A stretch of DNA of 64,000 bases from Eledone cirrhosa (GCA_964016885.1 OZ024742.1:45074001-45138000), one strand, 5' to 3'; shown: positions 40,848 to 55,512, numbered from the stretch's first letter. A program made the numbers and translations. Notes: generated by a model not told the origin, from the sequence alone.

Positions 40848-42714
40848 TCATCATCATCATCATCATCATCACCGTTTTACGTCCGTTCTTCCACGCTAGC
40901 ATGGGTTAGACGGGTTGTCCTGTTGTGGGCAGTGTCTGGTCGGCTGACCATGCCTTGCTCATACAGGAACTGATCTGGCTTGATTTTTACAGCTGGATGC
41001 CCTTCCTAACACCAACCTCATTTACAGTGAGTGCTGGGTGCTTTTTCGTGGTGCCTACACGTCCACTTTACAGTGTGGGCTGGGTGCTTTTTTGCCGTGG
41101 CACCTCCACGACCACCTTGTGGTGGGGGGAGTGGGGGCATATTGTTTATATGCTTCAGCATGTACCCATGGGAGGTCGGGTACCCTGTATTACTGCGTGA
41201 CGCCAGAAGTCACGGTCGTGTGTCATTGACTTTGAGAGGTGTAGTTGGGTAAGGTCGGCTTTTATCACCTCATCCCAAGTCATCTTGGGTCTCCCCACTC
41301 CGCGGTTTCCATCAACTTCTAGTGCTCTGCACCTTTTTATGCAGCTGTCATCCTTCATACGCATCACATGTCCATACCAGCGTAACCGCCTCTCCTGCAC
41401 GCAGCATTTGATTCCTCTTATGCTCAGTCTCTCTCTCAATTCCTTTATGCTTTGTCGTTCACGTATATTACTGTTACACATCCATCGGAGCATGCAGGCT
41501 TCGTTTCTCTCTAATCTACGTAAGTCTTCCACCTTCAGCGCCCAGGTCTCACTACCATGCAACATCGCTGTTCGGATACACGCATCATACAATCTGCCTT
41601 TCATTCTGAGGGAGAAGCCTTTTGCAGCTAGCAGTGGTAGTAGTTCCCTAAACTTCTTCCATCCCGTTCTTACCCTAGTTATTGTACTTTCTGAGCACCC
41701 ACCTCCGTTGCTAATTCGGTCACCTAGGTAGCAGAAGCTGTCTACTGTTTCTACAGGGCCCTCCCAGAGATTGGTGGTACTTGTTTCCTGTGGCTGTTTG
41801 CTTGCTGTTTCAGCACAGCTGCTGCATGTGAATCCTACATTCTTAATTAAGCTTCCTGAGATCCCGCTACATCTCTTGTGTACCCATTGTTTGCATTTGG
41901 GGCAGAGAATGGAGTTCCTACCTACACCTTTCCTACATACTGAGCAAGGCCATTTCCCTGAGGGGATCTGGGTTCTGTTTTCTCGTCTACTTATAAGGAC
42001 CTTAGTCTTTGTCATGTTGACTTTGAGGCCCTTTCTCTCTAGTCCCTGCTTCCAGGTTTGGAATTTATTCTCTAGTTCTACCATAGATTCAGCTATGAGT
42101 GCGAGGTCATCAGCATACAGGAGTTCCCATGGGCATCCGGTCTTAAACTCCTCTGTTATTGCCTGCAGGACTATGATGAACAGGAGAGGGCTAAGAACAG
42201 AGCCCTGGTGGACCCCAACCTGTACGCTAAATTCCTCGCTATACTCATTGCCAATCCTAACTTTGCTGACTGCTCCCCTATACATGGCTTGTACCGCTTT
42301 CACAAGCCATTCATCTACTCCTAGTTTTCTAAGAGCCCACCAGATTACTGCACGTGGAACTCTGTCAAAGGCTTTCTCAAGGTCGACAAATGCCAAGTAG
42401 AGTGGCTTACTTTTAGCTAGGTACTTTTCCTGTAATTGCCTCACAAGGAAGAGGGCATCAGTGGTGCCTTTCCCTGGTACAAACCCAAATTGCATCTCGT
42501 CTATATTCACCCGGTCCCTAATCAGCTGTGCTATAACTCTTTCTGTTACTTTCATGACCTGGTCCATCAACTTTATACCTCTATAGTTTCCTCTATCTAG
42601 TGCATCGCCTTTACCTTTGTAGCAGTTGACAATGATGCTACTGCACCAATCTTTTGGTATGGCCCCCTCTAGTATTACCTGGTTAACGATATGTGTGGTT
42701 ATAGTGTGACCTAT
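40848..42714 (-). mobile_element. RTE subfamily B LINE, 5'-truncated, open RT ORF
   Basis: Diverged paralogue of RTE-A with the same domain layout, a distinct 3'UTR and a (GAT)n tail. Confidence 0.95.
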
Positions 42715-42766
42715 GTATATATATGTATATATATGTATATATATATATATGTATATATATGTATAC

Positions 42767-42826
<60 letters not shown>

Positions 42827-43137
42827 GTATATATATATATGTATATATATGTATGTATATATATGTATATATATATATGTATATATATATATGTGTATAT
42901 ATATATATATGTGTATATATATGTATATATGTGTATATATATGTATATATATGTATATATATATATGTATATATATATGTATATATATGTATATATATGT
43001 ATATATATGTATATATATGTATATATATATGTATATATATATGTATATATATGTATATGTATATATATATGTATATATATGTATATATATATATGTATGT
43101 ATATGTATGTATATATATGTATATATATGTATATATG

Positions 43138-43168
<31 letters not shown>

Positions 43169-43567
43169 GTATATATATATATGTATATGTATATGTATAT
43201 ATATATATGTATATATATGTATATGTATATATATATATATGTATATATATGTATATATATATATATATGTACATATATATATATATATATGTATATATAT
43301 GTATATATATGTATATATATATATGTATATATATGTATATGTATATATATGTATATGTATATATATGTATATATATGTATATATATATGTATATATATGT
43401 ATATATATATGTATATATATATGTATATATATATGTATATATATATGTATATATATGTATATATATATGTATATATATATGTATATATATATGTATATAT
43501 ATATGTATATATATATGTATATATATATGTATATATATATGTATATATATGTATGTATATATATATG
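42715..43567. repeat. TG-interrupted (TA)n array
   Basis: Directly visible. Confidence 0.97.
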
Positions 43568-45165
43568 TTGTCGACTTGGAGAAAGCCTTCGACAGAGTCC
43601 CCCGCTCCATTATCTGGTGGGCTCTTAGAAAACTAGGCGTTGACGAATGGCTTGTGAGGGCTATACAAGCCATGTATAAAGAAACAGTCAGCAAGGTTAG
43701 AATTAACAACGAATATAGTGAAGAGTTTAGCGTAAAAGTTGGCGTCCATCAGGGCTCTGTTCTCAGCCCCCTACTATTTATTATTGCCCTTCAGGCTATA
43801 ACAGAGGAGTTCAAGACAGGCTGCCCATGGGAACTCCTATACGCAGACGACCTGACACTCATAGCGGAATCAATGGCCGAGCTAGAGAAGAAATTCCAAA
43901 CATGGAAGCACGGCCTAGAGTCAAAAGGACTTAAAATTAACCTGGCTAAGACCAAAGTTCTAGTTTGTAGGAAAGAAAACAAGGCGGCGGTCCCTTCTGG
44001 GAAATGGTCGTGCTCGGTGTGTAGGAAAGGCGTAGGTAGAAACTCCATTTTGTGTCCTAAATGCAAAGTATGGGTGCATAAAAGATGTAGTGGGATCACA
44101 GGTAAGCTAACTAAGAACATAGATTTTACATGTGGCCGGTGTTCTGGTGCAATAAGTAGCAGCAAGTGCCCACACAATACTAGCTCTTTCAATTGCGCAG
44201 AGGGTTCTATAGAAATAGTGGACAGCTTCCGTTACCTGGGCGATAAAATCAGCAGTGGGGGAGGGTGCTCTGAAAGTACTGTAGCTAGAGTCAGAACTGG
44301 TTGGAAAAAGTTCAGAGAGCTTATACCACTATTAGCTGCTAAAGGGTTCTCCCTAAAAATGAAAGGCAGGTTGTACGATGCCTGCATACGAACAGCAATG
44401 TTGCATGGCAGTGAGACCTGGGCATTGTGTGCAGAGGATATACGCAGACTAGAGAGGAACGAAGCTTGCATGCTCCGCTGGATGTGTAACAGTAATATAC
44501 GTGAACGGCAAAGCATAAACGAACTAAGGAAAAAATTAGAGATAAGAGGGATCAGATGTTGTTTACTCGAGAGAAGGCTACGTTGGTATGGACACGTGAT
44601 GCGCATGAAAGTCGATAGCTGTATAACAAAGTGCAGGGCAATAAAGATAGACGGTAGCCACGGAATAGGCAGACCTAGAAAAACCTGGGACGAGCTGATA
44701 AACTCCGACCTCACACACTTACACCTCTCCAAGACAATGTCACTGGACCGAGACCTTTGGCGGTACTCTGTAACAGAGAAGACCCGCCTTGCCAGTAGGC
44801 ATCTCTAACAAAATACACCCCGTCCCACCACCACCACCCCCACCCCATCCACACCACCCCGTCCTATGTAAAGTTATGTTGGTGCCGCGCCATCCGGGCC
44901 GAAACAAATGAGATCGTGTAGGTGTCACGACAAAAAAACACACAGTCCACGCTGTAATGTGGCCGTGTAGGCAACACGGTAAAAACCTCCCAGACCCACA
45001 CTGTAAATGTGGTTGGTGTTAGGAAGGGCATCCAACTGTAGAAAACCTGCCAGACAGTCCTATGCGAGCAAGACAATCACTCTTGCCTCAAGTGGGACTA
45101 CCCCCGTCCAAACCCATGCAAGCGTGGAACACGGACGTTAAACGTTGATGATGATGATGATGATG
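43568..45165 (+). mobile_element. RTE-A LINE, 5'-truncated at VDLEKAFD
   Basis: Open RT ORF to 44808; a small deletion removes the normal stop; (GAT)n tail. Confidence 0.96.
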
Positions 45166-45518
45166 TATATATATATGTATGTATATATATATGTATGTAT
45201 ATATATATGTATGTATATATATATGTATATATGTATGTATATATGTATATATATATGTATATATATATGTATATATATATGTATATATATATGTATGTAT
45301 ATATATATGTATGTATATATATATGTATGTATATATATATGTATGTATATATGTATATATATATGTATATATATATGTATGTATATATATGTATATATAT
45401 GTATGTATATATGTATATATATATATGTATATATATATGTATATGTATATATATGTATATATATATGTATATATATATGTATATATATATATATGTATAT
45501 ATATGTATATATATATAT

Positions 45519-45954
45519 GATAATAATGGAGCTGCGGCGCTGCAAATGGGTTACATATGAAAAAGTGAGTCCTTCATCAGTGGCCTTCCAACCGTCGTAG
45601 GCATTTCGTCACATTAAAGGCCATATGCCTCAGGTTGGTGCGAGCAACGGCTAAAAAAAAGTCGTTGGGACACGTAAATAAAGGGGACGCTAGGGTAAAC
45701 AGACAAAATGGTTTAAGCAGCAGAAAGTGATGAAAAAGAAACAAGTCCCAGATTTCTATGAATATAAATTCGGTGGAATCGTGAACGAGAGAATAAAGAC
45801 CATCAAACCTGGTTGAAATGTGAGCAAGGAAGGAATTTCGCACAGGTCTAACGGGAGGAAGAAGGGGTCTGGTCTGCGAATTCGGTAAACATAAGTTCTG
45901 TGAAGTCGCAGACGAGAGAGAGAGAGAAAAAAAATTCATACCGGCTTGGCCAAG

Positions 45955-45955
<1 letters not shown>
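45519..45955 (-). mobile_element. Unclassified non-coding insert between TA arrays carrying a rearranged hammerhead-like motif
   Basis: Unique ~440-bp sequence with no credible ORF. Orientation inferred from the hammerhead core motifs on the minus strand. Confidence 0.45.
45562..45638 (-). ncRNA. Candidate non-circularly permuted hammerhead ribozyme
   Basis: Minus strand: ccaacc-tg-aggca-TA-tggcctt-taatgtgac-GAAA-tgcct-acgac-ggttgg-aaggcca-CTGATGA-aggactcac. Stems I and III pair perfectly; stem II is imperfect. Confidence 0.55.
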
Positions 45956-46001
<46 letters not shown>

Positions 46002-46004
46002 TAC

Positions 46005-46039
<35 letters not shown>

Positions 46040-46048
46040 CATATATAC

Positions 46049-46079
<31 letters not shown>

Positions 46080-46110
46080 CATATATATATATATACATAT
46101 ATATATATAT

Positions 46111-48020
46111 GCGGTAGGGGCCAGCATAAAATTAACCCTTAAGGAACATATGTTCAAATTTAATGGTAAAACATATGCCCAAGAGGAAGGAGCAGCCATT
46201 GGTGTTAGCATTGCAGGCGACATAGCTAACTTATTCATGGTATGGTGGGACAGTAGACTTAAACAAAAACTTAAAGAACAATTAGAAGACAGCTTAACCC
46301 TGATAATGTACTCCCGCTACGTAGATGATATAAACATCGTAGTTAAGACACCCCCACTAAAGAACAGCCAGGAATTAGAAAAAAATACAATGGAAAGCAT
46401 CCAGCAAATAGCAAACTCCATCCACCAGAGCATTAGAGTTACTATAGACTACCCAAGTAGACACCCCAACCATCGATTACCTGTACTAGACACAGAGCTC
46501 TGGTTAGATACCATTAACAACCAAAAACAAATCCTCCATTCCCATTATGCCAAACCCATGACTTCCAAACATCTGATCCACCGAAACTCGGCCATTTCGG
46601 ACCATACCAAAATCAACATACTGATTGCGGATTTGGTACGGGTGATGAGAAATGTGTCCCGCATGTGCAACCCCGAAGAACTAGAGAGACACATACAACA
46701 CTTCATCCACCGTATGCAGTTCTCTGGCTACAATCAGAGAGATAGAATCAGAGTGTATAAAGGAGCCAGAACCAAATGGGAAAAAATGAAAAAAAAAAAA
46801 AAAAAAAAAAATGGTAAATAATGACATAAATGGGACCTGCCCCTTGTATAGGAGCAAATTTTGGAATAGAATAGAAAGAACTAGGAACAAGGCCAATAGA
46901 ATAAACTCATGGTATGATAGCAATAAATACCAGAGTGTAATGTTCATCAATACAACCCCTAGAGGCGAACTAGCCTACAAATTTGGAAGGGCCCTAAATA
47001 AACATAAACTCAATATTAAGATAGTAGAAAGACCAGGTACCTCCGTAAAAACACTTATTAGCAAGACATACCCGTTCCAAAGACCCTCATGTATAGATAA
47101 GAAATGTATAACCTGTAAAATAAGCCCCCATATTAACTGTAAAACTAGAAATGTAGTGTATAGCATAAGATGTACTGAAGGACAATGTAGAAACAAAAAT
47201 ATAGTGTACATAGGTGAGACAGCTCGTAGTATAGGGGAACGAATAAATGAACACTGGCGAGACCTCCAAGATAATAAAGAATCATCTGTGCTCTACCAAC
47301 ATGCTAAGATAGAACACAGGGGTAGATTAGAGAACATAGAAATAAAAATAGAATCCAGACACAGAAAAGATGCAATGTTTAGGCAAATTACAGAGGCAGT
47401 AAGCATAAAAGAATTACAACCAAAATTAAATAGAAAATATGAGTGGAACAGCAACATCACAACTTACAATTAAGGACAAAAGGAAAACACACACAGGACA
47501 AAATGAAAACACACACACACATAGAACAAACAACTTACAATTAAGGACAAAATGAAAACACACACACACATAGAACAAACAACCAACCAACAATAAATAA
47601 ATAAATAAATAAACAAATAGATAAATGAACACAAACACACACAGACACCCGGATGTGGCGCATGCGCAAACTGAGCACACAACACACACACAGAAACAAA
47701 ATGGCGTAGGATAGAAGAAAGGAAAGGCACAGAAACAAAGAAAGGAATCCCCAGTCACTGAAGAGGTCACAGAGTGTGTGACGAAAGGACTATGACTATA
47801 TATAAACAACTATCTGGTTGTGGAACCAACCAACCAACCAGAAATTTATAGGTTTGTAAATTTGTAAATTTATAAATTTATAAATATATAATAAATTGAA
47901 GTGAAAGCAACTGGTGCGTGTGTTTCTTATTGGCAACATGACCCTCCCAAAGTATAACAATATCGGTTTCAACACACGATTTCAGATAAAGAATCTTGCT
48001 AAACAAATTCAGAAACGAAA
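46111..48020 (+). mobile_element. Penelope-like element (RT, Cys-rich linker, GIY-YIG), 5'-truncated, with downstream pLTR
   Basis: [59 protein letters not shown]. Frameshift at the A-run 46789-46811; hammerhead in the 3' region; probable ORF-start tail from ATG 47938. Confidence 0.93.
47753..47797 (+). ncRNA. Minimal type I hammerhead ribozyme in the Penelope pLTR
   Basis: agtca-CTGAAGA-g-gtcac-agagtgt-gtgac-GAAA-ggac-TA-tgact. Confidence 0.8.
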
Positions 48021-48033
48021 TATATATATATAC

Positions 48034-48266
<233 letters not shown>

Positions 48267-48295
48267 CATATATATATATACATATATATATATAC

Positions 48296-48408
<113 letters not shown>

Positions 48409-48441
48409 CATATATATATATACATATATATATATACATAC

Positions 48442-48494
<53 letters not shown>

Positions 48495-50725
48495 CATCAT
48501 CATCATCATCATCATCATCAACGTTTAACGTCCGTGTTCCACGCTTGCATGGGTTTGGACGGGGGTAGTCCCACTTGAGGCAAGAGTGATTGTCTTGCTC
48601 GCATAGGACTGTCTGGCAGGTTTTCTACAGTTGGATGCCCTTCCTAACACCAACCACATTTACAGTGTGGGTCTGGGAGGTTTTTACCGTGTTGCCTACA
48701 CGGCCACATTACAGCGTGGACTGTGTGTTTTTTGTCGTGACACCTACACGATCTCATTTGTTTCGGCCTCGATGGCGCGGCACCAACATAACTTTACATA
48801 GAACGGGGTGGTGTGGATCGGGTGGGGGTGGTGGTGGTGGGACGGGGTGTATTTTGTTAGAGATGCCTACTGGCTGGAGTAGGTTTTACTATATATTTAG
48901 GTAAGGCGGGTCTTCTCTGTTACTGAGTACCGCCAAAGGTCTCGGTCCAGTGACATTGTCTTGGAGAGGTGTAAGTGTGTGATGTCGGAGTTTATCAGCT
49001 CGTCCCAGGTTTTTCTAGGTCTGCCTATTCCGTGACTACCGTCTATCTTTATTGCCCTGCACTTTGTTATACAGCTATCGACTTTCATGCGCATCACGTG
49101 TCCATACCAACGTAGCCTTCTCTCGAGTAAACAACATCTGATCCCTCTTATCTCTAATTTTTTCCTTAGTTCGTTTATGCTTTGCCGTTCACGTATATTA
49201 CTGTTACACATCCAGCGGAGCATGCAAGCTTCGTTCCTCTCTAGTCTGCGTATATCCTCTGCACACAATGCCCAGGTCTCACTGCCATGCAGCATTGCTG
49301 TTCGTATGCAGGCATCGTACAACCTGCTTTTCATTTTTAGTGAGAACCCTTTAGCAGCTAATAGTGGTATAAGCTCTCTGAACTTTTTCCAACCAGTTCT
49401 GACTCTAGCTACAGTACTTTCAGAGCACCCTCCCCCACTGCTGATTTTATCGCCCAGGTAACGGAAGCTGTCCACTATTTCTATAGAACCCTCTGCGCAA
49501 TTGAAAGAGCTAGTAGTTTGTGGGCACTTGCTGCTACTTATTGCACCAGAGCACCGGCCACATGTAAAATCTATGTTCTTAGTTAGCTTACCTGTGATCC
49601 CACTACATCTTTTATGCACCCATACTTTGCATTTAGGACATAAAATGGAGTTTCTACCTACGCCTTTCCTACACACCGAGCACGACCATTTCCCAGAAGG
49701 GACCGCCGCCTTGTTTTCTTTCCTACAAACTAGTACTTTGGTCTTAGCCAGGTTAATTTTAAGTCCTTTTGACTCTAGGCCGTGCTTCCATGTTTGGAAT
49801 TTCTTCTCTAGCTCGGCCATTGATTCCGCTATGAGTGTCAGGTCGTCTGCGTATAGGAGTTCCCATGGGCAGCCTGTCTTGAACTCCTCTGTTATAGCCT
49901 GAAGGGCAATAATAAATAGTAGTGGACTGAGAACAGAGCCCTGATGGACGCCAACTTTTACGCTAAACTCTTCACTATATTCGTTGTTAATTCTAACCTT
50001 GCTGACTGTTTCTTTATACATGGCTTGTATAGCCCTCACAAGCCATTCGTCAACGCCTAGTTTTCTAAGAGCCCACCAGATAATGGAGCGGGGGACTCTG
50101 TCGAAGGCTTTCTCCAAGTCGACAAAAGCTAAGTAGAGGGGTTTACCTTTAGCTAGGTACTTCTCCTGTAGTTGTCGTACTATGAAAAGAGCGTCTGTGG
50201 TACTTTTGCCTGACACAAACCCGAACTGCATTTCATCTAGGTCAATTCTCTCTCTGATTAGTTGCGCTATTACTCTTTCCGTGACCTTCATGACCTGGTC
50301 GATTAATTTAATGCCTCTATAGTTACTCCTATCTAGGGCGTCTCCTTTACCCTTATAACAGTTAACGATGATGCTGCTATGCCAGTCCTTCGGAACAACC
50401 CCATTCTGTACGACTTGGTTAACTATGCGGGTGACCATGGTGTGTCCCACCGTGCCAGATGCCTTCAGCATCTCAGCAACTATTTCCGAAGGCCCAGCCG
50501 CCTTACCAGTCTTCATATCCTTGATTGCCTTACTTATTATACTCCCCTCGACTAACACTGCTGGTCCCTCTATTGGGTCGATATGGGGGAGACTGCCTTT
50601 CTCCCAATTATTCTCCTCATTTAGAAGCCTTTCATAGTGACACTTCCAAGCTACCTTCTTATCAGCGTCGGTGATGGCAAGTGTGCCATCGTCGTTTAGT
50701 ACACACTTCTCCCCGACAATATCAC
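48495..50725 (-). mobile_element. RTE-A LINE, 5'-truncated, open RT ORF
   Basis: Near-identical to 37301-39533; both ends abut CA-interrupted TA arrays. Confidence 0.96.
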
Positions 50726-51591
<866 letters not shown>

Positions 51592-51772
51592 ACTTCATCA
51601 AATGACATAAAATTCATTCTATTTACTCTGTGTATACTTGCGGCTAAAATAATATTGAGCATTGTCATGACTTGATTGTTTTTCTGTATTTTGAACACCA
51701 TAAACTTTATATATTGTGGTATTTTCTCAGCGAAATTCTGTAATAATTATTTATAAAATCATTTAAATTTAG

Positions 51773-51862
51773 GCAATAGATGATGTCAGTAGAAGTTTGA
51801 TAAAAGCTGGTGACCGGTTGTATGAATTAAAAGCTTTGCAAGAAGCTTCCAAGACTAATGAG
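51773..51862 (+). CDS. SNX27: SNX27-like exon, FERM F2
   Basis: ttAG acceptor, GTGAGT donor. AIDDVSRSLIKAGDRLYELKALQEASKTNE, in frame across the 25 kb intron. Confidence 0.9.
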
Positions 51863-52393
51863 GTGAGTTATTTGTTTTAAATTGACATGAACGTATATTT
51901 TTTTGAGTGCATGATCCTCGTCATTTAATGTTTATATTCCCTGCTAGCAAGGGTTGGACATATTTATATGTATGTGTGATAAATATGTTATTTTGTTTGT
52001 GGGAATTAAACAAATATGTATATATCCAAGAAAATTGAAAGCATCTCATAACCCGGAGCATTACATACACTACAGTCCATATAACAATGGAACCAAAAAA
52101 CGTACCTTATGCCTTTATGAAAAATTGTATGGCTTTCTGCTCCAATGTCATTTAATCTCTGTGGCCTAATAATTAGTTAGCTCAACTGGGGCTAAACAAT
52201 AGCAATGATGAGGGAGCCTCTGCATATGCACTCAGTCTATCAGAAATACCAGCAAAATATCCCTTGAACTACACTCGGCTATCTTAAAAAAAGGGGGGGT
52301 ATATATCTTGTCTAAAGAAAAGACAGGATGGTCATGGCTACAATGCCTTTGTTCATAGGTTTGCTCAATTAGAGCTAACCCAGAGCCCAACCT

Positions 52394-52655
52394 GGAGGCG
52401 CATGGCGTAGTGGCAAGGGTGTTGGACTTAGGATCATAATGTCGTGCGTTCTATTCTTGGTCTGGGTTGTGTGTTGTGTTCTTCATCTCATGTTGCTCCA
52501 GTATACTCAACTGAAAATGAGTACCAGCAATAGCTAGGGTTTAACCCTGTGATGGACTGGCGTCCTGTCCAGGGAAGTCTTGTACTCTTAGTCGCTTCAC
52601 GCCATGAAACTGGGATAAGCACCGGCCTAACAAGCTTTCTGGCTTAAGACAGACT
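52394..52655 (+). mobile_element. tRNA-derived SINE
   Basis: ggaggcgcatggcgtagtggcaagggtgttgg head; aaccctgtgatggactggcgtcctgtccaggg body. Confidence 0.65.
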
Positions 52656-52822
52656 AGGGCCCAACAACAAAATCACATTGATCTATTAAACCATACTATT
52701 ACTCTGCTTCCTACTAACTAAATGAAGTTCTGTTTTGACCATAGGCCTAATCTCTTGCCTACACTTGAGATAATCATGCTTATTGTTAATCTTTTATATC
52801 ATTGGAAACATTTTACTTTCAG

Positions 52823-52972
52823 TATTTGAAGATGGCTCGAAGACTTGAAACATATGGTGAAATTGTGTTCCCCCATTGTGCCTGTGATTCTCGTAAGGAA
52901 GGTCATGTGATGGCCAGCATTGGAATCCGTGCCTTTCGATTACAAGCATGCAAAGAAGATGGTTCCATTGAA
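52823..52972 (+). CDS. SNX27: SNX27-like exon, FERM F2/F3
   Basis: ttcAG acceptor, GTAAAT donor. YLKMARRLETYGEIVFPHCACDSRKEGHVMASIGIRAFRLQACKEDGSIE, with the FPHCACDSR motif of SNX27. Confidence 0.95.
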
Positions 52973-53481
52973 GTAAATTTTGTTTTCAAATTATTTGTTT
53001 ATTTTGATTCATATTTTTATTTAGAAATATTATTGAGGCAGCAAATTCAAATTTGTTAAGACATTTCATAAAATACCTTGTGGAAATTGTTCTGGCTCTC
53101 TGTGTTCAAACCCTGCCATGGTCAACTTTGACTTTGATCCTTTGAGGGACAATAAAATTAAGAACATAATGAATTCATAACCTGCGGAGATGCTGGTAGG
53201 AGCACCCTGGCCAGCATAGATAAATAATTCTACAGTTAGCATAGATAAACCAACAATAGTCTGTTAAGACTTCCATCCAACTGTGCATCAGCTCCGGCTG
53301 AATGGAATAGAAGAACTTTAGACTAACATTTCATCTCAATGATTTTTGAGGCACTCAATGTTTATTAGTTTTTGTAATTTCTGCATTTATAATATTCTAA
53401 GATTGTATTTTACCTATATTTTTATGTTCTCAATTTTAGCATTATTTTATTTATTTATTTATGTCTTGTTTTTCTATCTAG

Positions 53482-53610
53482 CCTCAAGTTGTAGAAATAA
53501 AGTGGTCTGATATAAAAAACTATGACATTGATGATGAAACTATGTCATTTATATTTGAATATTTCCGGCCAAGCAGGAAGTCTAGACTAGTTCGAATTTA
53601 TTCAACCTAT
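53482..53610 (+). CDS. SNX27: SNX27-like exon, FERM F3
   Basis: ctAG acceptor, GTGAGT donor. PQVVEIKWSDIKNYDIDDETMSFIFEYFRPSRKSRLVRIYSTY. Confidence 0.9.
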
Positions 53611-54186
53611 GTGAGTGATAAAATTCCTTTCTTTTTTTACAAAGCAAAACTATATCAATTTTGTCAATGGGGAAGAGTGTAGCCATCATCCTTATCACAT
53701 GTAACCCATTGTATCACTGCTACTTGTTTTTATCAATTATGGAACAGTGGAAGTAATGCTTAGTGAGATACTGCCCAATACCTTAATGCATTTTATAATG
53801 CACCAACTCTAAAGAGATTGTCATAAGGTTGACCAGACAGAAAAATACTCTCAAGTCCTATATTGTCTCCATTTGATTGGCAAACACTGCAGTCTCCTCA
53901 GGTCTCTCTTTCACAAGTATTGGTGGATGGGTCTTCAGTATTATGGCATATTGTTAGTCAGCTTGGTCCTGTATCATCATCTTCATGAGGTTCGGTGTTT
54001 TGAGGTCATTCTTCACAACTTCATCCCACGTCTTCCTTGGTCTCTGTCACACATAGGTTACATTCACTTTGTATGCTTGCCACCTTTTTATATATATTTT
54101 TTCCCACCTATTTTCGAAAAGAAAAGAAAAATTCATCCTGGCATTATCTCCCCTCTCTCACTTCTATTAAAATTATATTTGTATGT

Positions 54187-54317
54187 ATGCAGTATAGAGG
54201 TCACTACAACTGCATGAATGTGTATATTCATGCAGTATAGAGGTCACTACAACTGCATGAATGTGTATATTCATGCAGTATAGAGGTCACTACAACTGCA
54301 TGAATATGTATATTCAT
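54187..54317. repeat. 43-bp tandem repeat, 3 copies
   Basis: Unit atgcagtatagaggtcactacaactgcatgaatgtgtatattc. Confidence 0.92.
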
Positions 54318-55159
54318 ATATCATCATCATCATCATCACCACCATTTAACATCTATTTTCCATGCTTGTATGGGTTAGGTGGGTTGTTGCAATGTGTATT
54401 GGGAGCATTTAATCATGACTCCAGCTCTAACAGCTTACAGGGTAGACTGGGTGCTTTTCATCATGGCACCAGCACTACCTCATTATAACACTAGGGTGTT
54501 TAGTGTCCTTGATCTGGGTGGGGAGGCATTAGTGGGGTTTGGGGGTACATACATCTCACTCTGGGGGGTGGCTTTCAGGCAAGAGGATGATGTCTTACAT
54601 TTTGTGGGAGTTTGCCTGGCTTTGTAAGGTAGCCTTGATTGGATAGGGAAAGATTGTCAAGGGCATGGGTTCAGCAGGCTAGGTGAATTGGTCAAGGCTG
54701 GTCCTAGCTTACCATGCTAGAATGGGTTGGGAAGTAGGTCAGGAGTATACTGGCTGGAGGAAACCTGAGAGTTGTTCCATCTCTCTGCTTCTTTGAGTTT
54801 AGGGTAGGGGAAAGTTGGATTGGGGGAGGCAATCAGGAGCATACTGACAAGGGAAGCAAGGAAATCAAGAGTATATTGGCTGGCAGTGGGTGTAGGAAAA
54901 ACCTGTGCATTTTACCACCTCTGCTTCTTCGAGTTTAGGGATGTGTTGAGTGGGAAGCACATTATCAGGTGGGGGCCATGTTTGTCCTACTAATGCTACC
55001 CCCCCCCCACACACACACACACACACATACACACCTTTCTTTGACTACTTTATATACACATATACATATATGCCCGGTCTCCCTGGCTAAACAGGAAAAA
55101 ATCAGTAAGGAATACATGCATATACCTACAATAATATGTAACTAATATGTGTTGGTTAA

Positions 55160-55367
55160 CCCTTTAGCATTTACATTACTCTATATAAACTATTTTATTT
55201 TCATGGTAAAAGCTTTATCTCACATAATATCAAATCTATGAAATTTTGATATTATTTATTTTGAAAACAATACCTTAACATCAGTATGAGTGGCTGGTTA
55301 CAGCCAGTTTGAACAGAAAGAGGTGAGAGAATTCTGGCCAGATATGGCCGGTTTAAATGCTAACGGG
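55160..55367 (+). mobile_element. piggyBac-like MITE
   Basis: TTAA-ccctttagcattta...taaatgctaacggg-TTT. Confidence 0.8.
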
Positions 55368-55452
55368 TTTAAACATTCCATTTTTTTTTTTTCTCATTTT
55401 TCGTTTTAAATTCACAATGCTGTATTTTATATTGTTTTCCTTTTTATTCTAG

Positions 55453-55512
55453 TTTGTATATATGTATGATAGCTTTGAAAGGATATTTGAAGAACTCGAC
55501 TGGCAGAAAGAG
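55453..55512 (+). CDS. SNX27: SNX27-like exon, end of FERM F3
   Basis: ctAG acceptor, GTACGT donor. FVYMYDSFERIFEELDWQKE, resembling the SNX27 C-terminal helix YMxxCFERVFxELxW. Confidence 0.9.
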
